Part shown: piece by piece, positions 8,640 through 18,319 of the stretch
Layout of the letters: the number at the start of each line of letters is the position of its first letter
How positions within the stretch are numbered: the stretch's first letter is position 1
NCBI GenBank assembly: GCA_045532945.1
Contig: JAZSGZ010000013.1
Coordinates: 41,900-105,899, forward strand
Length of the DNA: 64,000 nucleotides
Reading direction: 5' to 3'
Source of the DNA: Acutalibacteraceae bacterium
Lineage (GTDB): Bacteria > Bacillota > Clostridia > Oscillospirales > Acutalibacteraceae
Made by a program: the position numbers and the translations under genes
The notes under the pieces: generated by a model
The model's input: the letters and a program-made list of their open reading frames with translations, nothing else
Told to the model about the DNA's origin: nothing
The model's database searches: none

Positions 8640-10016
8640 ATGGCAAGATTTGTTTTGAAATGGAGATATTTCAAATCATCTCCTAAAAGAAATTCTCAAT
8701 ATCTAAAGTACATTGCAACTCGAGATGGAGTAGAAAAGTGTGATGAAAGTTGGAGATATCAGCCTGCAACAATTGAGCAGCAAAGAATCATTTCTAGTTT
8801 AATAAAGGACTTTACAGATTCAATAAACACACCAATATATGAGGATTATTTATCAAACAAAACGAAAGGATTAGCTAGTGAATTCATTGATGATACGCTG
8901 GAAGAATACTTTGATTTAATAGATAAAAAAGAAAACTATATTGGGTATATTGCAAAGCGACCGCGAGTTGAAAAACAAGGAACACATGGTTTATTTTCAC
9001 TTCATGATGAAGAAATAAACCTTGAAATTGTCGCAAAAGATATTGCTAATCACGATGGTTTAGTCTTTACTACAATAATGTCTTTGAAACGAAATGATGC
9101 AGAAGCCTTAGACTATGCTCGTTCAATAAGATGGAAAGAATTATTAAAAAGAAACACAATTGCTATAGCAAAATCTATGAATATTCCTCCCTCTGATTTA
9201 AGGTGGTACGCAGCTTTTCATAATGAAACATATCATCCACATATACATTTGGTTGCTTATTCTGTAGGTAGAGAACCATACATAACTGAGAAACGTATAG
9301 ATAATCTTAAAAGAACTTTTGCAAAAGATATTTTTTCTTCTGAGATGCACAATATATATGTTGAACAAACAGACAGACGAAATGAATTGCGAAAAGAAGC
9401 AAAAAACAAGATTGAAGAATTGGTTTCTTTAATAAATGAAGGTCACTATTCTAATCCCATTGTCGCAGACTTATTAAAACAATTGGTAAGCGAATTAGAT
9501 AATTATTCAGGAAGAATGATGTATGGTTATCTTCCTAAAAAAGCGAAAAATCTAATTGATGGCATAGTTGATGAGATGGCATCAGATGAGAAAATAAAAG
9601 AACTATATGAGCTTTGGTATGAACAAAGAGAAATGATAGTTAAAATCTATCGTGAAGAAATACCACCTCGTGTACCATTATCTTCCAACAAAGATTTCAA
9701 AACTATTCGAAATGCAGTTCTGCAAGAAGCACTTAGACTCAAAGACATATCGGAATATCCTTTTATAGATGAAAATGTAGAGAAGATATATTTACCCGAA
9801 AAAGCTAAAGTCCCAGCTATTCCTGATTCATTTCAACCATCTAAAAAGTATCATTGGAAAACTGATATAGCACTTTCTTCTGCAAGATTATTTGCAAGGT
9901 TAACTCAAGCAATACAAGATAATTTCGAAGAAGATAGGCAGACTGATCAGCAAGTTGATAGAAAGGTGCTTAAAAAGATTCAAGAAAAGAAACATGCACA
10001 TGGATTAAAAATGTAA
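8640..10016 (+). CDS. MobL/MOBQ-type conjugative relaxase
   Basis: N-terminal YLKYIATRDGVEK motif and histidine triad HNETYHPHIHLVAY, characteristic of MobL-like relaxases. Confidence 0.7.
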   Translation: MARFVLKWRYFKSSPKRNSQYLKYIATRDGVEKCDESWRYQPATIEQQRIISSLIKDFTDSINTPIYEDYLSNKTKGLASEFIDDTLEEYFDLIDKKENYIGYIAKRPRVEKQGTHGLFSLHDEEINLEIVAKDIANHDGLVFTTIMSLKRNDAEALDYARSIRWKELLKRNTIAIAKSMNIPPSDLRWYAAFHNETYHPHIHLVAYSVGREPYITEKRIDNLKRTFAKDIFSSEMHNIYVEQTDRRNELRKEAKNKIEELVSLINEGHYSNPIVADLLKQLVSELDNYSGRMMYGYLPKKAKNLIDGIVDEMASDEKIKELYELWYEQREMIVKIYREEIPPRVPLSSNKDFKTIRNAVLQEALRLKDISEYPFIDENVEKIYLPEKAKVPAIPDSFQPSKKYHWKTDIALSSARLFARLTQAIQDNFEEDRQTDQQVDRKVLKKIQEKKHAHGLKM

Positions 10017-10108
10017 GTTTTATTTTAGTTTGTATATTTGAAATTAATGTGTGCATAGTATATAATAGTGATAACTAAAAAACATTAAGGTTTATCACTC
10101 ATACATTA

Positions 10109-10137
10109 TTGACACTAAACTACTTTTGTGGTACAAT
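10109..10137 (+). promoter_or_regulatory. near-consensus sigma-A promoter
   Basis: TTGACA (10109-10114), a 17-nt spacer, then TACAAT (10132-10137). Preceded by the dyad agtgataa-N17-ttatcact (10067-10099). Confidence 0.7.
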
Positions 10138-10145
10138 AATGATGC

Positions 10146-10238
10146 AAAAGGGATACGCAGTATCCGAAATGCATTGGCTTGGGTGTAAACTCTGGGGCCA
10201 TCGCAGGCGGGGAGTATATTCCTCGCCATTTTTTATTT
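10146..10238 (+). promoter_or_regulatory. structured 5' leader with terminator-like hairpin upstream of the DUF3800 gene
   Basis: Hairpin ggatac-gca-gtatcc (10151-10165). Second hairpin ggcgggg-N8-cctcgcc (10206-10227) followed by a T-rich run, just before the RBS and ATG 10247. Confidence 0.4.
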
Positions 10239-10246
10239 ATAAAAGG

Positions 10247-10939
10247 ATGTTTATCTTGAAGGAACTAAGTATATTTATTGATGAGTCAGGCGATTTTGGA
10301 GATGCGGTAAATCAATCTCCTTTCTATATTGTGACACTTATCTTTCACAATCAAGCTGACGACATTACTAATAATATAACGCGACTGAAGTCTTGGCTTG
10401 CTGAATGTGACATACAGGATGAATATGTACATACACACCCCATCATCCGGAAAGAATCCCCGTATAACAATTTGAATATTGATGAACGCAGAAAGATTTT
10501 AAACAAAATGTTGCGTTTTACTATCAGTTGTCCGATAAGATACTTCAATATCATTGTTAATAAACGAGAATGCAAAGATCGACATGCTTTATCGGCCAGT
10601 ATATCTAAGCAACTATCTAGATTCATAGAAGATAACCAAGAATACTTCTTTTCGTTTGACAGGATCGTTGTATATTATGATAATGGTCAAAATGAATTGA
10701 GTTATATCCTTAATGTGATTATGCACGCTAAATTAACAGCTGTTGAGTTTAAAAATGCTTCTCCGAAACAGTATCAGTTGTTACAATCTGCTGATTTTAT
10801 TTGTTCAATAGAGTTGCTCAAACAAAAAAGAGAAAACAATTTACTCACCAAATCTGAAACCAGCTTTTTCTACAAACCACAAGAATTGTATAAAAATTAT
10901 ATTAAGTCTGTAGAGAAAAAGAAATTCATAAAAAAATAA
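10247..10939 (+). CDS. DUF3800 family protein
   Basis: N-terminal LSIFIDESGDFGD motif typical of DUF3800. The track start at 10109 coincides with the promoter, so ATG 10247 (or TTG 10256) is preferred. Confidence 0.65.
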   Translation: MFILKELSIFIDESGDFGDAVNQSPFYIVTLIFHNQADDITNNITRLKSWLAECDIQDEYVHTHPIIRKESPYNNLNIDERRKILNKMLRFTISCPIRYFNIIVNKRECKDRHALSASISKQLSRFIEDNQEYFFSFDRIVVYYDNGQNELSYILNVIMHAKLTAVEFKNASPKQYQLLQSADFICSIELLKQKRENNLLTKSETSFFYKPQELYKNYIKSVEKKKFIKK

Positions 10940-10952
10940 ATTTTTTATATTA

Positions 10953-10992
10953 AACAGGTTGACTGAATTTACAGTCGACCTGTTATTTTTTT
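10953..10992 (+). terminator. rho-independent terminator
   Basis: 13-bp stem aacaggttgactg / cagtcgacctgtt (one G-U pair) followed by a T-rich tail (attttttt). Confidence 0.8.
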
Positions 10993-11010
10993 GAGAAAGA
11001 AGGTTCTACA

Positions 11011-11925
11011 ATGTCAAAATATATTCGTTTTTCTCCTGAACAAAAAGACAGAGCATATCATATGGATATTGCAGAACTCTTGCGTAAACAAGGCGATAAG
11101 CTGAGCCGATGTGGAAAAGAATATATATGGGAAAGCCCAACTGGAAAGGTATCTATTAGAAATAATGTTTGGTATCACCATTACGAGCAAGAAGGTGGTA
11201 ATGTTGTTAGTTTTCTTCAAAAGTTTTTTAATAAAACATACAGTGAAGCAATGGAGTATTTGCTTAATGAAAATGGTACTATTATATCGTATTCTTCACC
11301 TGTTCAAATACGAACCCAAGAATTAATAATGCCTCAAACAAATTCTAATATGAGAAGGCTGTATGAATATCTTATGAAAGACAGAGGGATTAGTAGAGAA
11401 ATAATCACTGCATTTGTTCATGCTAAAATGCTTCGAGAATCAGCAGATTACCATAATGTATTATTTATTGGATATGATTCCAATGGTGTTCCAAGACATA
11501 TTCATAAACGAGGAACAGCTAAAGAAAGTGCCTATAAAAGAAATGTTGCAGGTAGTGATAATAAATTTAGTTTCCATTGGCATGGTACCGGAAACGACAT
11601 TTATTTATTTGAAGCGCCAATAGATATGCTTTCGTTTATATCAATGTATCCCACTGAATGGAGAAACAACAGCTATGCAGCGGCATGCTCTGTTGCAGAT
11701 AATGTTTTGTTTCAATGTCTTGAAGATAACAAACATGTTGAACAAGTTTATATTTGTTTCGATAATGACAATGCCGGTCAAACAGCCGCACAAAGACTTT
11801 CGGATAAACTATTTATAAAAGGCATTAAATCAGAAATCCTCATTCCAACATTAAAAGATTGGAATGAGGATTTATTATTTTCTAAACAGGAGGTTGATAA
11901 AAAGTGGATGGTCCAATTATCTTAA
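11011..11925 (+). CDS. DUF3991/Toprim domain protein (conjugative primase-like)
   Basis: N-terminal VWYHHYEQEGGNVVSF (DUF3991-like). Toprim acidic motifs LFEAPIDMLSF and ICFDNDNAGQTAA. Confidence 0.7.
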   Translation: MSKYIRFSPEQKDRAYHMDIAELLRKQGDKLSRCGKEYIWESPTGKVSIRNNVWYHHYEQEGGNVVSFLQKFFNKTYSEAMEYLLNENGTIISYSSPVQIRTQELIMPQTNSNMRRLYEYLMKDRGISREIITAFVHAKMLRESADYHNVLFIGYDSNGVPRHIHKRGTAKESAYKRNVAGSDNKFSFHWHGTGNDIYLFEAPIDMLSFISMYPTEWRNNSYAAACSVADNVLFQCLEDNKHVEQVYICFDNDNAGQTAAQRLSDKLFIKGIKSEILIPTLKDWNEDLLFSKQEVDKKWMVQLS

Positions 11926-13781
11926 TTTTTGTGGGTATCGTAATGTTTGCTTTAATAGGTGGAATTACAATTGTTTCTCATATCTATAATCTTAACAGTA
12001 TCAAAAGTAAAACTGTCGGAGATGGTCAGCATGGAACAGCAAGATTTTTATCCAAACTTGAACAAAAGAAAGTGTATAAGCATGTTCCCTTTACTCCGGA
12101 TTTATGGAGAAAAAACAAAAATAAAAACGAATTACCACAAGGAGTTATTGTTGGATGCAGGACAATAGGTGGTCAAGATTATGCAATGGTTGATACTTCG
12201 GATGTACACACCATGATGATAGGTGCAGCTGGATGTGGTAAAACAGCATATTGGTTATATCCAAACCTTGAGTATGCTTGTGCATCAGGAATGTCATTTT
12301 TAACTACAGATACAAAAGGTGATTTGTATAGAAATTACGGTAACATTGCAAAAGAATATTATGGTTACGATGTTGCCATAATAGACCTTCGAAATCCAAC
12401 AAAATCGGATGGTAATAATTTGCTTCATCTTGTTAACAAATATATGGATTTATACAAGAATGAACCAAGTAATTTAACATATAAAGCTAAAGCTGAAAAA
12501 TATGCTAAAATTATTGGTAAGACGATTATATTTAGCGAAGGAGATGCGGCTTCATTTGGTCAAAATGCTTTCTTCTATGATGCAGCAGAAGGCTTGCTTA
12601 CCTCGTCAATTCTATTGGTTGCTGAATTTGCTCCACCCGAACAACGTCATATAGTTTCGGTATATAAACTTATTCAAGAGTTACTTGCTCCTGCACCTAA
12701 TATGGGTAAAGGTAAAACTCAATTTCATAAAATCATGGATAAGCTCCCGCCCGAACACAAAACCAAATGGTTTGCAGGTGCTGCACTTAACACAAGTGAC
12801 CAGGCCATGCAATCGGTTATGTCAACAGCAATGTCTCGTCTTAATGCATTTCTCGATTCAGAACTTGAACAAATACTTTGCTTTGATACGGCAATTGATG
12901 CCGAAAAGTTTTGTTCTAAAAAGAGTGCAATCTTTATTGTATTACCCGAAGAAAATCCAACAACATACTTCATGGTATCACTTCTTTTACAACAGTTATA
13001 TCGTGAAATACTTATGGTCGCAGATGAACAAGGTGGGGCATTAAAAGACAGAGTTATGTTTTATATGGACGAGTTCGGTACTCTTCCTGCAATCAGCTCT
13101 GCAGAAATGATGTATTCTGCATCTCGCTCAAGACGTCTGTCATTAGTAAGTATTATTCAGTCATTTCAACAGCTTGAAAAGAACTATGGCAGAGAAGGTG
13201 CTGCTATTATTCAGGACAACTGTCAGATAACTATTGCTAGTGGTTTTGCGCCTACTTCCGAAACGGCTGATATAATATCTAAATCGCTTGGTTCAAGAAC
13301 TGTAATGTCCGGTTCAGTATCAAGAAGTAAAAATGATCCATCTCAAAGTCTTCAAATGATAGAAAGACCATTGATGACTGCTGATGAGCTTAAATCGATG
13401 GATAAGGGTAATTTTATCGTTATGAAAACAGGTACGCATCCCTTTATATCTAAACTGAAACTGTTCTTTAAATGGGGAATAAAGTTTGATACAGACCCAT
13501 ATGTACCTAAAGATAAAGGTTCAAGAACTGTTAAATATACAAGTCGAAAGATTATTGAAGAGGCGATAAACGAGCTGTATCCATCCGAAGGAAAGATAAA
13601 TGACAGGGAAGAAAAATTCCCTGCAAACAAACCATTTAGCTCATCAGGTCAAGCATTAACTGAATATGAAGTTGAAGCAATACCTGAAGATGTTATGCAA
13701 GAACGGTCCGAATATATGGCTGAGCAAAAAGCACAACACACAGTCTTAAGAACTGAAAAAGGAGATATCAACAATGGATAA
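11904..13781 (+). CDS. virD4: VirD4/TraG-type type IV coupling protein
   Basis: N-terminal TM helix. Walker A GAAGCGKTAYW. Walker B-like VMFYMDEFG. GTG start 9 nt after AGGAGG. Confidence 0.85.
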   Translation: MDGPIILIFVGIVMFALIGGITIVSHIYNLNSIKSKTVGDGQHGTARFLSKLEQKKVYKHVPFTPDLWRKNKNKNELPQGVIVGCRTIGGQDYAMVDTSDVHTMMIGAAGCGKTAYWLYPNLEYACASGMSFLTTDTKGDLYRNYGNIAKEYYGYDVAIIDLRNPTKSDGNNLLHLVNKYMDLYKNEPSNLTYKAKAEKYAKIIGKTIIFSEGDAASFGQNAFFYDAAEGLLTSSILLVAEFAPPEQRHIVSVYKLIQELLAPAPNMGKGKTQFHKIMDKLPPEHKTKWFAGAALNTSDQAMQSVMSTAMSRLNAFLDSELEQILCFDTAIDAEKFCSKKSAIFIVLPEENPTTYFMVSLLLQQLYREILMVADEQGGALKDRVMFYMDEFGTLPAISSAEMMYSASRSRRLSLVSIIQSFQQLEKNYGREGAAIIQDNCQITIASGFAPTSETADIISKSLGSRTVMSGSVSRSKNDPSQSLQMIERPLMTADELKSMDKGNFIVMKTGTHPFISKLKLFFKWGIKFDTDPYVPKDKGSRTVKYTSRKIIEEAINELYPSEGKINDREEKFPANKPFSSSGQALTEYEVEAIPEDVMQERSEYMAEQKAQHTVLRTEKGDINNG

Positions 13782-14031
13782 CTATAGAAGAAAAGTCTAT
13801 GAAGTTGAGTTATCTTCACGTGCTAAATTGGTATACTTATATCTTGTAGACAGAGCTGACAAAGAAAACAAGTGTTTCCCAGGTATTAGAACTATAGCAA
13901 GACACTTGTCTATTTCGGAAAGTACTGTTCGTAGAGCATTAACAGATTTAGAAAAAGAGAAGTTGATTCGTAAAGAAATGCGAAAACGAGGTAACGGTTC
14001 TTTTTCAAGCAACACATATTATTTGTTGTAA
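13774..14031 (+). CDS. winged-helix DNA-binding protein
   Basis: 85 aa. GIRTIARHLSISESTVRRALTDLEKEKLI is a typical wHTH segment. Confidence 0.6.
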   Translation: MDNYRRKVYEVELSSRAKLVYLYLVDRADKENKCFPGIRTIARHLSISESTVRRALTDLEKEKLIRKEMRKRGNGSFSSNTYYLL

Positions 14032-14050
14032 AAAATCATCTAAAACTAAC

Positions 14051-14089
14051 AAGGGACTACTGCGCCTATATGGTGACAGTAGTCCCTTT
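14051..14089 (+). terminator. terminator hairpin closing the transfer module
   Basis: Perfect 12-bp stem aagggactactg / cagtagtccctt. Confidence 0.6.
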
Positions 14090-14124
14090 CATAGTGGATG
14101 GGCTAATAAGTATACAGTGAAGAA

Positions 14125-14159
14125 GGTAATAACAGAAGATGAATACCAAAGTTATTACC
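14125..14159 (-). terminator. terminator hairpin for the - strand ATPase operon
   Basis: 9-bp stem ggtaataac / gttattacc, 6 nt beyond the stop of the 14165-14797 gene. Confidence 0.5.
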
Positions 14160-14164
14160 TAAGA

Positions 14165-14797
14165 TTATTTTTTAATTAACTCATTGTTCCGATTAGTATT
14201 AAGTAATTCCAATGAAAAGTTTGTGTTCCCTGATTCTTTCCGTATTTGTTTTATAAGTTTTTTGGAATAATAAAAAATATTTTTATTATCTTTATCATTA
14301 CAATTGTTGATTATACAGTTTATAGTTGCGATCATTTTTGATGAAAAAGATATAGTAATTGCTGCTTTGTGTTTCTCTATGCAATCAAGAATATTGTTTT
14401 TTGCTTCAGTTGTAAAAGTTTTATCTAAAACTATAGGATTTAAAATTTTTGTTAGTTCTAAATACAGCTCTTTGTTGGTTTCAAATTGTTTTGACTCGTT
14501 TTCTTTTTTACGGCTGTAAACATTTAAGAAAAATGGAATCAGTATAGCAGTGATAATGATGCTTATAACAGGGGAAAATGGTTCTTTAATTTCATCTGGC
14601 AAAGTTGTATATGCCACTCCAAATAATATAAACAGTAATAACACAATGGCAATAATATACCCAAGCATTAGTTTTTGAAATATTCCATCACAAATATCAA
14701 AAGCCCTTTCAATTTTGGGATAGTTATTAAAAAAATTAATTAATCGTTTTTTGAAGCAAAGTATTATTTTGTTTTGGTGTTTGTTTGTTTTTTCCAT
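14165..14797 (-). CDS. two-TM membrane protein, co-operonic with the AAA_13 ATPase
   Basis: 210 aa with hydrophobic helices LMLGYIIAIVLLLFILFGVAY and VISIIITAILIPFFLNVY. Very AT-rich. No family recognised. Confidence 0.5.
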   Translation of the reverse strand: MEKTNKHQNKIILCFKKRLINFFNNYPKIERAFDICDGIFQKLMLGYIIAIVLLLFILFGVAYTTLPDEIKEPFSPVISIIITAILIPFFLNVYSRKKENESKQFETNKELYLELTKILNPIVLDKTFTTEAKNNILDCIEKHKAAITISFSSKMIATINCIINNCNDKDNKNIFYYSKKLIKQIRKESGNTNFSLELLNTNRNNELIKK

Positions 14798-14893
14798 TTT
14801 ATACCTTCTTTTGAATTTATTACTACAAATGACATTGACCTAAAGTCTATGTCATTTGTAGTTTATTCTTTTTGGTTTTATTATAAGTTTATA

Positions 14894-16987
14894 TTACGAA
14901 ACCTTTATTGTAGCTAATTCTTTATCACACTCATCAATAACAAATTGTGGTATGGTATCATATTCTCTTGGATTTAGTTGCCACACATAATCGTTTCCAA
15001 CATGGTATGTTTCGTTTACAAATTTTTTAACAACAGCATTTGGACTGTTTTCGTTATGTATAACTCTATATATTTGTAACTTTTCATAATTACTTGAGGC
15101 AGCATTATAAAGTTCAAGCAAGAAATTAATGTCCATAACTTTTTTGTGCTCAATAAAATAATCAAACCCAGGAATTGATTCACGAACTAAAATTTGTGCA
15201 GATGAAAACTCTTCATCAGTCATCGGTCTATCTTCTAAACTATTCCTTACATGTGGATAAGGATCTCTGTGCAAAAGACATGATGTCATTTGCCATATTA
15301 AACCTTTTTCATCTTCCACTTCGTATAAACGTCGTAAATAAATTGTTTTTATTATGTTATCAATCTCTAAAGTAAGATTATTTTTTGCAATTTTTTGTAT
15401 AGTGCAAATATTATTACTTTTTATTTCCGTTTCTATTAGTTTTCCGTCCTTAGTTGAGAGGAAACTCGCTTTAGGTGCAGGATTAAATTCACGTTTTTTT
15501 ACTTTCATAACATCAATAACAGTATTAAATTCGTGCGTTAACAATAAGACACTGCGGTTTTTTAGAGAGTTTTGAGATAAAAACAATAAATTTATCAATG
15601 CGAATTTTTTATTTCCATCAAAAGATGATATTGGATCATCAAGTATAATTAAGTCAGTATTATCCTTCTGCACAGTAAAAGCAAATAATGCTAAGGCTAA
15701 TGCATTCTTTTCACCGTAACTTAGATGCCTATTTATCGTTGTTAGTTCCAAATCAACATTTGCAGGTTTTAATATCATCCTATAATCACGATTGGTCTCT
15801 TCGATTATGTCTACGATATAATTATAGCCAGCACCGCGCAAAAACTCATTTATTGTGGCTTTATTGGCTTCAATAGTTCGTGCAATTAAAATGTTTTGCT
15901 GATTCACTTCACCTTGTAGTTTGCTTGCTAATCCTATTACTGTTTTTAAAGAACTATTTATAATATTTATTTTTTCCTCTGTTTTATTAGAAAACAAAAA
16001 TGGGAAATATGACAAATCAATCAAGAAACCATTCAATTCATCTGCTATTTTATCAACACTTTTAAGAGAATTATAATTTATGTTCCTAAGTCGCAAAAGA
16101 TTATTTAATAAATCCTTTACTTGGTTTTTAACTCTAACAAGGTATTCTTTTTGTTGCGAACTAATTGAAGAAACATTGTCCCTTATTTCTTGTATTTTAG
16201 TTGCTGTTGATTCAGAAAAGTAGGGGATAAGTTTTTCTAATAAAACCAAGACAGAATTAAGGTGTTCGATATCTTTTGATTTGTACTCCTCTGTTATTTT
16301 TAAAATTGTGTCCTTAGTGGTTGAAATGCTTCCAGAACAATATGGGCATTGATCTTCCATTTCCAAAAAATCTTTACCTGTTAATTGCCATTTTAACCAA
16401 GAAACATTTTTTCCACCTTCGCTATGTCTTAAATATGTACTGAATTTTTCCAGACCAGAAGGAATATGTTTGAGTTTGTTTCCCTTACTAATGGCTTTTG
16501 ATATAACACTATTGCTTGCTAATGTATCTGATTTTCCAAAACCAGATACGAACTGAGAGAATGCATCAATAAGTTCATTTAATTCTGGATGAGATGTGAA
16601 AGCAGTTGATACTTCTTCAAGTAGTCTTTCTATTTCTTTCATATGCTCATCATATTTAGGCGTTTTTACAAATATTGAAAAACTATCTTCTATAAGTTCA
16701 TCTTCTTTAAAAATATGACGATTTATATATTCCTCATTAAAAATAGAAACAGAACGAATTCCTTCTAAGCCACTTACATTGGGTAATGAAGCAGATGAAT
16801 TGCCAATGTTTGAATAAGGAATTAATTCTTCTTTTAAATTGTCATCATTATTAACAAAGGCTTCAATAACCTTAGAAATAGTTGATTTACCGGTTCCATT
16901 AACACCATATTTGATGTTTAAACAACCTTCGGCAATTTCAACTTGTCCGTTAGTTATGTTATTACAGTTTGTGAAATTAAGTATCAT
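14894..16987 (-). CDS. AAA_13-type ABC/SMC-like ATPase with CxxC zinc-hook-like insert (RloC/PrrC-like candidate defence ATPase)
   Basis: Walker A GVNGTGKST. CPYC at about residue 214 in a predicted coiled-coil insert. ABC signature LSYGEKNAL. Walker B LIILDDPISSFD. C-terminal domain contains RRLYE...LLHRDPYPH. Confidence 0.65.
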   Translation of the reverse strand: MILNFTNCNNITNGQVEIAEGCLNIKYGVNGTGKSTISKVIEAFVNNDDNLKEELIPYSNIGNSSASLPNVSGLEGIRSVSIFNEEYINRHIFKEDELIEDSFSIFVKTPKYDEHMKEIERLLEEVSTAFTSHPELNELIDAFSQFVSGFGKSDTLASNSVISKAISKGNKLKHIPSGLEKFSTYLRHSEGGKNVSWLKWQLTGKDFLEMEDQCPYCSGSISTTKDTILKITEEYKSKDIEHLNSVLVLLEKLIPYFSESTATKIQEIRDNVSSISSQQKEYLVRVKNQVKDLLNNLLRLRNINYNSLKSVDKIADELNGFLIDLSYFPFLFSNKTEEKINIINSSLKTVIGLASKLQGEVNQQNILIARTIEANKATINEFLRGAGYNYIVDIIEETNRDYRMILKPANVDLELTTINRHLSYGEKNALALALFAFTVQKDNTDLIILDDPISSFDGNKKFALINLLFLSQNSLKNRSVLLLTHEFNTVIDVMKVKKREFNPAPKASFLSTKDGKLIETEIKSNNICTIQKIAKNNLTLEIDNIIKTIYLRRLYEVEDEKGLIWQMTSCLLHRDPYPHVRNSLEDRPMTDEEFSSAQILVRESIPGFDYFIEHKKVMDINFLLELYNAASSNYEKLQIYRVIHNENSPNAVVKKFVNETYHVGNDYVWQLNPREYDTIPQFVIDECDKELATIKVS

Positions 16988-17030
16988 TTTTTAACATCCT
17001 TTCAAATGTTGTTTTAGTAAAGAGCGTTCT

Positions 17031-17059
17031 TTTAAAGGATAACTATTTGTTATCTCTTA
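17031..17059 (+). repeat. 29-bp dyad-symmetric site, copy 1 (candidate tyrosine-recombinase core site)
   Basis: tttaaaggataactatttgttatctctta is the exact reverse complement of 20682-20710. Internal arms gataac / gttatc flank the asymmetric spacer tattt. Confidence 0.85.
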
Positions 17060-17074
17060 AAAGGGTTGAAAAAC

Positions 17075-18319
17075 ATGTATAATCAAAAAATAGAAAACGC
17101 AGTAAATTTAATTAACGATTTTTATACTTACCATGAGTGCACAATACCATTATGTGCTGCTGAAAATATAATTTCACCTTTTTGCAAAATACCTTTAAAT
17201 GGTAATTTCCAAGAAAGATATATTATGGGGGGGACAACACACTATGACATTAATAACAATTTTATAGGTAGTCAATATTTGTTACCAATCTACAAATCAA
17301 TTGAAGATTGTTGCAAGGAGTTGTTTAATGCAAATTATGTTGATGCAAAAACGCTATCAGGAATGAACTGTGTTACCACCTTATTAATGAGTTTAACTCA
17401 AATTGGTGATAAAATAGTATTGCTTGAAGAAGATGCAGGTGGACATCCATCTGTAATTGAAATATGCAAGAGGCTTGGTTTAAATATAATATATACACCT
17501 TTTGATTATGATAATTACACAATAGATTACCAACAATTAAATTCTCTTATCGCAAAAGAAAAGCCCAATTATTTGTGTTTAGCACCATCTGATATCATTA
17601 TCCCAGTTTCAATTGAAAAAATTGAATTAAGTCAAACGATATTGCTGTATGATGTCAGTCAACTTTTAGGTTTAATTGCCGGAAATATTATAGAAAACCC
17701 TTTAGAAATTAACCCAAACATAATAATATTTGGTGGTACACATAAGACCCTGCCAGGTCCTACTCACGGACTTATAATGACCAATTCTGTTAATTTAGCA
17801 GAGGTTCTTGAAGAAAGAGTTAGTCCTGAATTCATAAGGAACACTCAAATGAATCAAGTTTTAAGCCTTCTTTTCACATTAATTGAGTTTAATGATTTTG
17901 GAAAATCATATATGGAGAAAATAGTAACAGTGGCCAATGACCTCGGTAAATTGCTAGAAAAACGCTCTTTCAATGTAGCAAAAACTGAGGAGAAATATAG
18001 TAATACACACCAAGTATTTATTAAATGTTCAAAAGAGGAAATGAACACGATATACGATAACGCAATTTTAACAGGAGTTACCCTAAATAAGAAGGAACGC
18101 AAGTTATTCGGTGGTTACGGAATAAGACTTGGAGTACAAGAAATAGCCCGATATGGTTGGAATCATAACGATTTAGAAATCATTGCCGATATTCTATCTT
18201 TATTAAGAACGGAAAACTTTGATACAAAAGCATTTAAACAATTTTCAAGAAAATTATCTCCCAAATGCATAGATTTCACATATAAGGATTCTCTTGGAGA
18301 AATTTTACATCATAAATAA
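17075..18319 (+). CDS. divergent serine hydroxymethyltransferase-like PLP-dependent enzyme
   Basis: PLCAAENIISPF compares with SHMT ELIASENF. GGTHKTLPGPTHGLI compares with SHMT TTHKTLRGPRGG (PLP lysine). About 415 aa, as for GlyA, but otherwise highly diverged. Confidence 0.6.
   Translation: MYNQKIENAVNLINDFYTYHECTIPLCAAENIISPFCKIPLNGNFQERYIMGGTTHYDINNNFIGSQYLLPIYKSIEDCCKELFNANYVDAKTLSGMNCVTTLLMSLTQIGDKIVLLEEDAGGHPSVIEICKRLGLNIIYTPFDYDNYTIDYQQLNSLIAKEKPNYLCLAPSDIIIPVSIEKIELSQTILLYDVSQLLGLIAGNIIENPLEINPNIIIFGGTHKTLPGPTHGLIMTNSVNLAEVLEERVSPEFIRNTQMNQVLSLLFTLIEFNDFGKSYMEKIVTVANDLGKLLEKRSFNVAKTEEKYSNTHQVFIKCSKEEMNTIYDNAILTGVTLNKKERKLFGGYGIRLGVQEIARYGWNHNDLEIIADILSLLRTENFDTKAFKQFSRKLSPKCIDFTYKDSLGEILHHK

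Noticed and set aside
10109-10246. N-terminal 46 codons of track ORF 10109-10939 (DUF3800)
   Set aside because: The proposed start coincides with a near-consensus -35/-10 promoter and a hairpin-rich leader. The conserved DUF3800 motif begins right after ATG 10247.
14823-14861. 13-bp perfect hairpin (ctacaaatgacat / atgtcatttgtag) between the ATPase gene and the 2-TM gene
   Set aside because: On the transcribed (-) strand it has no U-tract, so it is not a convincing terminator. It may be an RNA processing or stability element within the operon. It is noted here but not annotated as a feature.
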